Below are positions 10,156 through 20,000 of a stretch of 20,000 bases of DNA, in pieces; position 1 is the first letter of the stretch, and each line of letters begins with the position of its first letter. This stretch comes from Spirogloea muscicola (lineage: Eukaryota): contig WELB01000022.1 in the NCBI GenBank assembly GCA_009602725.1, positions 75,051-95,050 on the forward strand, read 5' to 3'. The notes beneath the pieces are model-generated. The model made no database searches. It saw nothing but the letters and a program-made list of their open reading frames with translations, and was not told where the DNA came from. The position numbers were made by a program, and so were the translations under genes.

Positions 10156-11533
10156 CTACCTAGGCCTCTGCAACAGGAATGAGCTGACAACAACAGCCAC
10201 TGCCAGCGTGATGTATACGCCCCGCCATGGGAAAGCACTGTGTTCAGGCTGCTCCTGCGACCGTCGTCGAACCTCGTGGATATTCCTAGCTCGCGGCTGC
10301 GGCCCAGGCCCATGCCCTGCCTGCTTGGCTGGCGAGCTGCTGCACATCAAAGCAATTGACGAGGGAGTGATTAGTGGTCATCAACAGCCATGACTGGTGC
10401 CGCCTGTAAAGGGCTAGACAGCCAGTCAGCTGCAAAGGTCGGGAGCAGCATGTCACCACCTTGTGTTATAAATAGCGCCACTGCCGTTGGCTCGGTGCGC
10501 CTGCAAGTCGTGCGTGGGCCAGTCCCGCCGTCGCACGTACTGCGCGCACTGCGCACACCACTCCGTCCGGCTCCCGCAGACGTCCTGCCGCACGCAGGTT
10601 TGCCATTCAGTCCCCTCAGGTCCCATCAATGCAGCAGCATCACGTCGTTTGGCGGAACCATCCTGCTGACGGGCAGCATGGCGCCCCTCACAATGTGATC
10701 AGCCGAGTCGCGGGCGGCCACCGGGAAGTCACAGAATGGGCACTCCACCATTCTCTCAGGACACTCCTCAGCTTCATGCGACGGCAGTCGCAGCCGCGTA
10801 ACGCTCGCCCCACACAGCGAGCACGGAACCTGCGCAGGCCCGTAGTTCCAGCATGGTTGCTCATCGCTAAGGACTTGCAAGTGGGGACTCGCTCAGACGT
10901 GGCCAGTTGCTCAGTAACGAGCTGTTGGCCCGCTGAGCAGGTGTGGCGGCCTTGCCGAAGGCAAGCGACAGAAGTCGTCATTGAATTGGAAGGCTATCGA
11001 GGCAAAGGCCGAGAATGCAAGCTCAGGAGTCAGACCGAGAAATTAGTGAATGTGGGTTTGTAAGGTACGGTCTTTCGGTGTCGTGGTTCTGAGGAGTGGC
11101 GAGCTTCGACAAGCACGGCGGGCGCGGATGCATGCCCGCGGACAGCAGCGCACGAGTGGCAGACCACCTATGCGTAGCGCCGCACCTGAGCATGAACGTC
11201 GTCGAAGTGCTCCTGGCTGCGGGACGCGGCGACCATCTCGCCGCACTCGGCGCAGCGCTGCAGGTTCTTGGAGCAGTGGGCAAAGTGGAGGTCGTAGTTC
11301 TTCTCGGGCACCTGCTTCTCGCTGCCGCGGGCGGCGCCGCGGAAGCGGCGGCCAGCCGATCAGCTCGTCGCCAGCGACAGCGGCATGCCAGCGCCAGCAC
11401 GGCGAGGGCCGGGCTGACGCTGTGCGGGCGACGAGCCAGAGGGGGAGCAGGAGCGCGGCGGCGGCGAGCACCAGTGCGCGCAGAAGCGGCGGGCGCCGTC
11501 GTCCTCCTCGCGGGTCGCAGCCGCCGCGGCCAT
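10156..11533 (-). CDS. TRAF-type zinc-finger protein (XAF1/TRAFD1-like) with C-terminal tail anchor, 214 aa
   Basis: complement(join(10156..10339,10460..10584,10692..10829,11186..11321,11472..11533)), 645 nt, GT-AG. Repeated CxxC...H...C units (CAHC..LHFAHC, CAEC..EHF, CSLC..HEAEECPERMVECPFCDFP, CGSRTEWCAQC); ends GVYITLAVAVVVSSFLLQRPR*. Confidence 0.92.
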
Positions 11534-11628
11534 GCCGGCGAGGTAGGTAGCTCTGCCGGGGCCCGTCCGACGCTGGCCGGCCCGCTGCGCCGCGCCGAGG
11601 CAGCCGCTGGCCGTCGCCCCCGCTCCTC

Positions 11629-11752
<124 letters not shown>

Positions 11753-12376
11753 NNNNNNNNNNNNNNNNNNNNNNNNNNNNNNNNNNNNNNNNNNNNNNNN
11801 NNNNNNNNNNNNNNNNNNNNNNNNNNNNNNNNNNNNNNNNNNNNNNNNNNNNNNNNNNNNNNNNNNNNNNNNNNNNNNNNNNNNNNNNNNNNNNNNNNNN
11901 NNNNNNNNNNNNNNNNNNNNNNNNNNNNNNNNNNNNNNNNNNNNNNNNNNNNNNNNNNNNNNNNNNNNNNNNNNNNNNNNNNNNNNNNNNNNNNNNNNNN
12001 NNNNNNNNNNNNNNNNNNNNNNNNNNNNNNNNNNNNNNNNNNNNNNNNNNNNNNNNNNNNNNNNNNNNNNNNNNNNNNNNNNNNNNNNNNNNNNNNNNNN
12101 NNNNNNNNNNNNNNNNNNNNNNNNNNNNNNNNNNNNNNNNNNNNNNNNNNNNNNNNNNNNNNNNNNNNNNNNNNNNNNNNNNNNNNNNNNNNNNNNNNNN
12201 NNNNNNNNNNNNNNNNNNNNNNNNNNNNNNNNNNNNNNNNNNNNNNNNNNNNNNNNNNNNNNNNNNNNNNNNNNNNNNNNNNNNNNNNNNNNNNNNNNNN
12301 NNNNNNNNNNNNNNNNNNNNNNNNNNNNNNNNNNNNNNNNNNNNNNNNNNNNNNNNNNNNNNNNNNNNNNNNNNNN
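11753..12376. other. Assembly gap (624 N)
   Basis: Run of N in the divergent intergenic region between the TRAF-ZF gene and ORC2. Confidence 1.
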
Positions 12377-12396
12377 AGGCGCCCAATACCGGGCCC

Positions 12397-12430
<34 letters not shown>

Positions 12431-12595
12431 ATGCCGCTCCTGCAGCGGGCGCCAAGGTGGGGATGGCGGCCCTCGCGCCGCCATCTGCAGACCTGCGCCG
12501 GAGCCGCTGCAGCCGCCTTGGGCCGAAGGCCGCCATCCTAGGCACTCAGCGGCTCGCTGGTCGTGCGCATGCTGCAGGAGGAGCCAGCCATTGCC

Positions 12596-15264
12596 ATGGC
12601 CGCCGCCGCCGCCGCTGCAGCGGGGCCGTGCGAGCCCTCGCTGCGGAAGGCGCAGGACGAGCCGCCGATGAGGAAGAAGAGGGGGAGGCCGCCCAAAGTG
12701 CGGCCTCCTTGTGTGGGCTCGCCGGCTGCGGCAGCCCCCAGGATTGATGCGGAGCAGGCGTCGCCGTCGTCAGGCTGCAGGTGAGGCCTCCTGACGGGCC
12801 ACCGCAGTGTCGGAGGCGCTCCGCAGTCCGCGCCGCCGCCGCACCTGGCAAGCGCACGCCAGCCGCCACCGAGGCCCTGCTGCAGAGATCAATAGAGTGC
12901 TCGTTGCTTCTCAGGAAGGGCGAGCAGCCGCTCTTGGCACGTATCTTGGACAATGCGGGCGCGTCGGCTGGGGCCGGACCAGACCCAGGTCAGCGGGAGA
13001 TGCTGCGCCAGCCACTGCACTCCTGCACCTCGCGCTTCTGCTCGCTCCCCTATCGAGGGCTCGAAGACTCTGCAAGCTGATCGTTAGAGCTGGCGTGCTG
13101 ATCCCGCTGGCTGCTGACAACGGACGGCTCTGCGCTTGCGTCAGCTGCAAGGAGCCAGCCTGCGGCGGGCACCAGCGGGTCTCGGAGAAGCAAGTCGGCC
13201 AAGGACTGGGCGGACTTTGAGGTCGCGAGCGAGCAGGTTGATGCTGCCAACAAGCTCCAACAGCCAGAGACTAACTTGCACGTTTGATTCGCTGCATCCA
13301 TGATCCACTGTCCACCAGACATTGTCCATCATCGTCCGAGGTCTATCGCACATAGGCCATCGTCCATGGTCCACTCACTCATGGTCCGTCATGCTCCACG
13401 CTGCGTCCAAGGTCCCATTGTTATGTCACTGCAGCCGCCTCACTAGCTTCTGAGCAACCTGCTCATATGCTCAGGAGCTGCGTGAGGTCATGTCGTTGCT
13501 CCCGGTGCCGTGTTCGGCAGCAGTCAGGAGGCTGCAAGATGGCTATCGTGACGCTTACAAACGATGGCACGCCCGGCTAAGGTCGGTCTTACTTTGCCAC
13601 TGTGCTGGAGCATGCACACGCCTATGCCGAGTTCTTCAATATTGCCGTGAAAGCTTCATGCATCTGAGGAGCACTTCAAGTGGACTTGCCACTTAAGAAG
13701 CAGTGGCGGGTCTGTTTGAGATATTTGACTTCCTCGTGTCACCAACACGGGCGCTTGTGAATTTTCCACGGGCAGGTGCAACTTCAGCCTCCTGTTCCAC
13801 GGCTTTGGCTCCAAACGGGCCCTTCTGGAGGATTTTGCGACGTCTTCTCTGGCAGATGGGGCAGTTATCGTTGTCAATGGCTTCCGCCCAAGTCTCAACC
13901 TCAAGCACGTGAGCTCGGCGAACTGGCATCGTTGTTGACAAGCGCCCACTTTGTTGCCACCTTGCCAGTTCTCTTAGCCCAAGATCTTATTTAAGAGCAA
14001 CATGTCACAATTCAGCAGTCTTGGTTAGCTAAATGTGTCAGATTCTGGCAAATGCTTGTCTCGCTCAGATCGTTTCGCAAGTGGCGGTATTACTCGCGGA
14101 GCAAGCGCAGGAGCACGCAAGGGAACACCCGCTCAAGCACAAGCAGCCATCTGCTTCGAGCGCGCTCAGTGACTTGATGGGCTTCATTGCGTCATGCAGG
14201 TATGTTCAAGAAGCAATTCTGTTTCCAGGTGTCAGCAACATGCAGTAAGGTTCTCAAATATGTGCCTTGATGCCTAGTAGCTATGGGGCTGGGCCTGAAG
14301 CGTTCCTCACCTTGAGCTGCAGTGGCAGCAGCACAGTGTACGTGTTAGTGCACAACATTGACGGTCCGACGCTCCGGAATGTGGAGTCACAGCACATTCT
14401 GGCTGACTTGGCCGCCTGCCCAGCTGTGCGGCTTCTGGCCTCATTTGACCACATCAACACACCCCTCTGTACGCCAGTCACTTGCCCCCTGCCATCTCAG
14501 CGTGGGAGCTTGACCTGTCACTCCTCACATAGGGCAAGCTCCTCTTAGAAGAACACAAGCATATCACTTCGTGACAGAACGAACTTTCCCCTCTTCTATC
14601 TGCAAATCGTCCCTTGCTTGTTTGACGGCAACAGCTAGCTGCTGTAGGGACCAATCTGGACATGTGAGTGGGCCAGCCAGCGGTGGACGTCTGTGCACGC
14701 AGTGTGGGACCAGCAGACAGCCTGCACCAAGTTTGCGTGGTGGTGGGCTCACACGCCAACCTATGCACCATACAGCGCTGAGACGTGCCACCTGGCACCG
14801 CTGCTTGTGGCCAAAGGCGCGGAGCGTGCGACACGCAGCGCCATGATTGTGCTGCGCAGCCTCACCCCCAATGCTCAGGGGGTCTTCAAGGTCCTGGCTG
14901 ATAGTCAGCTGGCTGACCCTGATCAGGAAGGTGAGGAGACCAAACAAAGAATAGAAGCAGGGGTCTCTTGTGTAGCATGGCAGTGATGCCAGTTGCTGCT
15001 TGCTTTACTCGATCAGCAACTTGATTGAACACCTCTTTGAGTGGGTGCTGGCGAGCAGGTGTATCTTTCCACAGGCTGTACACTGCGTGCCGTGAGAAGT
15101 TCCTGGTGAGCAGCGAGCTTATGCTGCGGTCGCACTTGACTGAGTTTCGCGACCATAATCTCACCAAGCTATGTAGGAGCTCAGATGGACAGGACTGCCT
15201 GCGCCTCACAATGGCGCCAGAGGCTGTCTTAAAGCTCCTGCCTGAGCTATTATCAGGCAGCTGA
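12596..15264 (+). CDS. ORC2: Origin recognition complex subunit 2, ~433 aa
   Basis: join(12596..12780,12915..12988,13145..13236,13475..13581,13776..13908,14069..14199,14323..14468,14703..14930,15059..15264), 1302 nt, GT-AG. ORC2 motifs [95 protein letters not shown]. First two exons and start (ATG 12596 or 12569) are less certain. Confidence 0.95.
13294..13418. repeat. Degenerate 7-bp tandem repeat (consensus ~TNGTCCA) in ORC2 intron 3
   Basis: Units TGATCCA, CTGTCCA, TTGTCCA, AGGTCTA, TAGGCCA, TCGTCCA, TGGTCCA, TGGTCCG; roughly 15 imperfect copies. Confidence 0.6.
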
Positions 15265-16477
15265 TGCGGCTGTTTGCTTGGCTGGTGGACACGCTGCAAT
15301 ATTGAGCTACTGGGCAAGTAGATGTCCCAAAAGAGTGCAGAGCTAGGGGCTTCTGATGGCCCCTGTAAAGGCATGCATACCAGCCTCTGGGATGTACTGT
15401 CAAGTTCTGGATGTTTTTCACAAGTCTTGCTGATGTTAACCTGCTGTAGATGCCAAGAGCAACATCCATGTGTTAATGAGTAGCAACGTGTGGACAATCA
15501 ATTTGCAGTTGGGTTCATCTATGTAGCGCGCACGCGGCCCAGAACATCCAAGGGCCATCAGAGACATGTGTTGGCCATTGGCCACAGAGGAAATGCTTCA
15601 CATAAGTTGTTCGCAGGCTGTCTCCTTCACAGTTATTGCCCAACAGCTGATTCCACCAATCGAGAAAGACCGTGCACCACCCCTTACTGAAAGAAAGAGA
15701 ACATTTTCAACCTGTTAACCTTGCCATGTCTGGACTGCTTATGATTCCCAATGTTAGAGTCAAGTCATGCTTCAGGTTCCACTCCAGGTGGTGCCCTTTC
15801 GTCATATTAACAGGTTGGAGATTCCGACCACATTCCTTCGAGAATATAGAACCTTGCTTTCCCGTAAGGTGCTGGCGGATTCATCAAGTTCATATCCACC
15901 GAACCCTTGTCGGCAGGTTAAGAAGCGGTAGGGCCGCATGTGATCACTTGCGAGGCCCCAACATTCAATTTTCAATGAAAAGACAACCTTCTACATAAGG
16001 TTCGTCTTCCAGAGATCCAAGCAAAGCACCACTGACATTGAAGTACGAGTAAGTGGGATGGGAGCTGAGACTGGATGAGAGGTCCCCCTTTCGGTGCAAG
16101 AAGGTGAACCTGCTCGGCTATCGGTGCGAGCGTCATCTGACGACTCCAGAGTGCATTCGTACTCCAGGCAGCACACAAGAAGTCATTATACAAGGACAGG
16201 CAGTATGGGCGCACCAAAGTCATGAGCACAGCACTCAAGAGAGCACTCTTTCCAACCCCGCGATCTGTGCATATGCACCATGGATCTCCAGTGGAGGACT
16301 GGCCTCCAGGAGTCAGTCAAGCACCGCCGCTTGCTACTTAGCCTGAAGCAAAACTGCTGCCAAGCCATGGATTGCTCACAAGTTGCAAGCCTGCGCAACT
16401 CGTACGCTGTATTGAGGTCTGTCTTCAATTCTATTACTTCACTCAGAGATACAACATGTGATCCTCCCTCAGGCCTG

Positions 16478-19400
16478 TCATTGCTTGGGCACGCCAGCTG
16501 GAAGGCCAGCGGATGCGAGGGTGGCGAACACAGGCCGGCCCGAGCGGTGCTGAAGCCGCTGGTGGAGGGCCTCCGCCAGCTGGGCGGCAAACTCTGCATC
16601 CACCTTGCCAATGACAGTGGGGTCCTCGGCATAGGACACGTAGATGGACGTTACAGCACTCTCCACTACAACCAGGGTTATGCCAATCTGCACCAGACAA
16701 GCCAGCCAGCAACTTGATCAGCTTAAACAGCCAAACACCACTTTTAGAAGTAAGCCATTCATTATTCGCTAATGCGGCCAAACTTTGCTCCACCAAGCAA
16801 CAGCTTGGCTAGTAGCGTCAAAGGGTACTGCTGTGCCTGAAAGATGTATGATGCCTACTGAGCACATCTGTAGGAACCTCTGTCTGCAATCGCCAGTCCA
16901 GCTGAGTAGCTGAACGGCACAGATAACTGTTCAGCTCCTCTCACCAGAAGCATGCCCATGAGCATAGAAGTGGCTCCAACGACCACGACGCGCTCCTTCT
17001 TGACAAACCACGCCCAGCAACCAACAGATGTGCCAGTGAGTAGCCCGCCCAGCACCGCACCCATGAGCAGGACAGCGCCTGACAGGTCGTAAGCCACAAG
17101 CGCCTCCATCCCCGTCGACTGGAAGAGCTCCCATACATCGCATGATGCTCGATTGAAGCCCTTTCGGTGGACTCCGACCTGCACACCCCGAAACATAGGA
17201 CACACCTCTTTCCATTCAGTCCTTGACGCTCTTGCGCTGGACACATAGCAGGCTCACAGAGTCACACTATGATGTTCATGGACAAGATCAGAGGTGATTG
17301 ACAGGGTGTAACGGCTGACCTCCACAAAGCCGTACTTGTTGAAAAATCGGACTAGTGTCTCCACAGCGTTGAACAAAAGGTCCACGCAGCAGACACAGCA
17401 CTCATTGCCGGCACAGCGTGCTCGCAGGCCCCGCACCTGGGCGCCACAGCATCCGGCTCAGAGATATATGAGATGCAATCTCGAGGACATCATGGACTGG
17501 AGGTAGCCCATGTTTGCGGCGGCTCATGTTCAATGTGCATAAGGTCAGCAGAGCTTGTCCACATCCAGAACGGCAAGATCAAAAGAGAGGTGTGACTTCT
17601 TGACAATCTCGACCAGCACACGATACAAGTATTACTGCTTAGTCAATGATCAACCTCAGTTGTGACATACCACCCAGCGCAACATGCGAATGGCAGCGGT
17701 GAACAGCGAGCCGTAGCAGATGCTGCCAAGTGACAGCGCAAGCGTAAACCCGACGCTGTGCAAGGTTGGATTCTTTGGCATTGGCGGCGCCCCATCCACG
17801 TTGTGCTTAAGCAAGAGGATGAAGACATCAGCCACAACGACGTGCACCGTGTTGCATAGCACTGCGCCCGTCCAGAACAGGCTGAGGGAAAGGGTCTGCT
17901 CCAAACAAACACCTCGGCCAAAGCAAGTGAGATGGGCAATTTAAAGTTGAACGATGATGGATGGGCACTGCGCCAAGTCCAGTGGAACCATTTTCAGCAG
18001 GTCACAAGCATCCTCCGCAAAGACGATAGATACTACATGACTTTATGGCCAACCCGCCGTCCACATTGCATATGGCGGGCCAAGCGGCACCATCATGCAC
18101 GTTGCTCTTGACCCAGTAGGACTAAAAATGGCAATAGCTCTCACCCCAACAATCCAGTCACGGAGATGCGGCAAGTCGTTGTTGGAGACTATTGCGGACA
18201 CGCCAAACGACCACAGCACGAGCCAGAGACAAAGCACTGCCGCAAAAAATAGTGATGTCCACATAGTCCCAGGAAGCTGCCGTACAAGGCCGACGGCCTT
18301 GCGAAGGACCAGCATGGTGAAGGCCAGCCTGCAATATCATTCAAGCGTTATAGGAACGTCAGCAGCGGCCACAGAAGATGCAAATTCCAGCTCAAGATCA
18401 TTGACGACCTTGTACACCTTGGCAACGAAGCAGGGGGGAAGGGGCAGCTTGAAAGGAGGATGTGAGCAAGAATGTGTGCGCCCTGATTTCCATCAATGAG
18501 TAGGATAAGTAGGAGTAAGAGGCGTAGGAGCCTGCCTATCCATGACGGACAGGGCGTAGAGAAACTGCAGCAGTGCGCCAATGGCAAATAGAGAGCCCCA
18601 GAAGTACGCCCGGTCCCAGAAGCAGAAGACTGAGATGACAGCAAGATATGTGGACACGCTGTGTATCGCCACCTGCACTAGTGGGCAAGCAATGAGCACG
18701 TCACACTGTCGCACCTCCTGGCAAGAGCATGCTGAGCTTTGCCAGTGCAAAGGTCGCAGCATCAGGAGCAGCATAAGTAGCAGCAAAAGCAGCAGCAGCA
18801 GGAGAACTGCCAGTGGAGGAAACATGGAAAGGAGGTGCAGTGGAAAGCTGGTGCTCACCTTCACACACTGATTGGTGAATGTCCAGAGGAGGAAGAGCCA
18901 GGCCCAGGCGAGGACAAGGCCAACTCCGGCAGCCATGCCGTACATGGGCCAGAAGTCCTGCGTCTCGCTGGTCCTCTGCGATACAATCGCGCAGGTCGGT
19001 CAGCAAGCGACGGCAGAATTGGCGCACAACGGAAGTGGCCAGCAACTGCGGCCGCCGGGAAGGGGGCTTCGACAAGAAGCGGCTTTGACAATAGCGCCCT
19101 GAGATTGGCTTTTCAGCGCAAGTGGATGGCTGCAACAAGGGCCTCATACCTCAGTATGGAAGCGGGCCTTGCCAAGGCGCACGAGCAAGTAACCCATGGC
19201 GCCAAGGTGTCCGACAAAGATAAGGAGCCACGGTAGGTCGCGCCATCGCTGAGCGCGACCACTGCCGTCCAGCCCAGATGCTGCCACATGGTGCTGCTGG
19301 CGCTGTGCAGCTTCCTCGTCAACCTCCAGCTCCCCAGCGTCCTGCAACCGTGCCAATGGCAGCACGCGAGCGAGTATCCCAGAATGTCAATGGCTGGCAG

Positions 19401-19723
19401 TCTCACGTGCCCCTGCGATCGGCACCAGCGCCGGTGGCAACGACCCGTGCATGGCCTCACCATCTCTCGCAGCAGAGCTAGGTACGCAAACGCCTCACCC
19501 TGATACATCGCAGACAGCGGCAAACAAGCGCCACAGTCGCTGGAACAAGTGCAGTCTGACACGGTCACACACCAGGACCCGGCTCGGCCTCCTGTATCGG
19601 GCACTGGCAGCGGCGCCTGTCGCCCCGTCTCACCTCCTGAGTTGCATCGTGGAACGAGTCGTCGGACACCTCGGAGAAGCGGCCCGAGTGGAGCTCGCGG
19701 GCCTCGGCGCCAGCGCCCTGCAT
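16478..19723 (-). CDS. Plasma-membrane choline transporter family protein (CTL/SLC44, PNS1-like), ~501 aa
   Basis: complement(join(16478..16687,16945..17178,17320..17436,17671..17895,18145..18328,18536..18672,18859..18975,19150..19341,19634..19723)), 1506 nt. Multiple TM helices and motifs RWRDLPWL, DRLAFTMLVL, SLGSICYGSL, FFNKYGFVEVG, WELFQSTG, VESAVTSIYVSYAEDP, LHQRLQHRS. Intron 18329-18535 needs a GC donor; first exon and start uncertain. Confidence 0.93.
18757..18804. repeat. Imperfect (CAG)n microsatellite in a CTL intron
   Basis: CAGCATCAGGAGCAGCATAAGTAGCAGCAAAAGCAGCAGCAGCAGGAG inside intron 18673-18858. Confidence 0.6.
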
Positions 19724-20000
19724 GCTCAGCAGCGACGTGCGGCCATCGCCACCTCACCAGCGGCTGCCCCGTCGCGGCCCGCGCTGCCCCCGCGCACGCG
19801 CCTCTGTGCCTGTCACTGCCGCAGCCGCCGCTCGGCGGCCGTCCTGTCGGCCTCGCAGTGGGAGCTCAGCCCCGAGCGGTCCGTCGCACGCTGCAGCGTA
19901 GAGACGCGGGGGAGGCCGGCGGCCGCAGCCGGACCATCCCCGCCGGCGCCGCCCACGCGCGTTCGCTGTCTCCGCCGCCCGCTCGCAGGCCCCGGACCGC

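Noticed and set aside
12377..12456. E2F-like sites upstream of ORC2 (TTGGGCGC and CTTGGCGC on the minus strand)
   Set aside because: Neither matches WTTSSCSS fully, such words are common in GC-rich DNA, and most of the promoter is in the gap.
12781..13080. 99-aa ORF as one large ORC2 exon
   Set aside because: GTGAGG at 12781 is a better donor and 12915..12988 fits the phases; not fully excluded without cDNA.
15672..15998. 108-aa plus-strand ORF downstream of ORC2
   Set aside because: GTG start, no recognisable motif and no supporting splice structure.
18673..18858. Poly-Leu hydrophobic stretch in ORF 18493..18945
   Set aside because: Translation of an intronic CAG/CTG microsatellite, not a TM helix of the transporter.

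Overview
Eukaryotic, GC-rich, intron-containing genomic DNA with two assembly gaps (N 1058-1258, N 11753-12376) and one lone N (6167). Gene content, compactness and short introns suggest a streptophyte green alga or similar compact green-lineage genome (inference). Manual splicing gives six protein-coding genes in strictly alternating orientation: (+) a long single-finger QALGGH-type C2H2 zinc-finger repressor with RLFG and EAR motifs; (-) a ~120-aa single-TM coiled-coil protein with no in-frame ATG; (+) AKR2-type ankyrin chaperone; (-) tail-anchored TRAF-type zinc-finger protein; (+) ORC2 with an AT-hook-like N-terminal extension; (-) CTL/PNS1-like choline-transporter-family protein with a GC-AG intron. 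The first ~810 bp is a degenerate array of hairpin-bearing repeats in both orientations. I see no multi-gene novel system; the best leads are the ORC2 AT-hook, the intron-split zinc finger, the repeat array and the missing start codon. Family assignments are from recalled motifs, not database searches.
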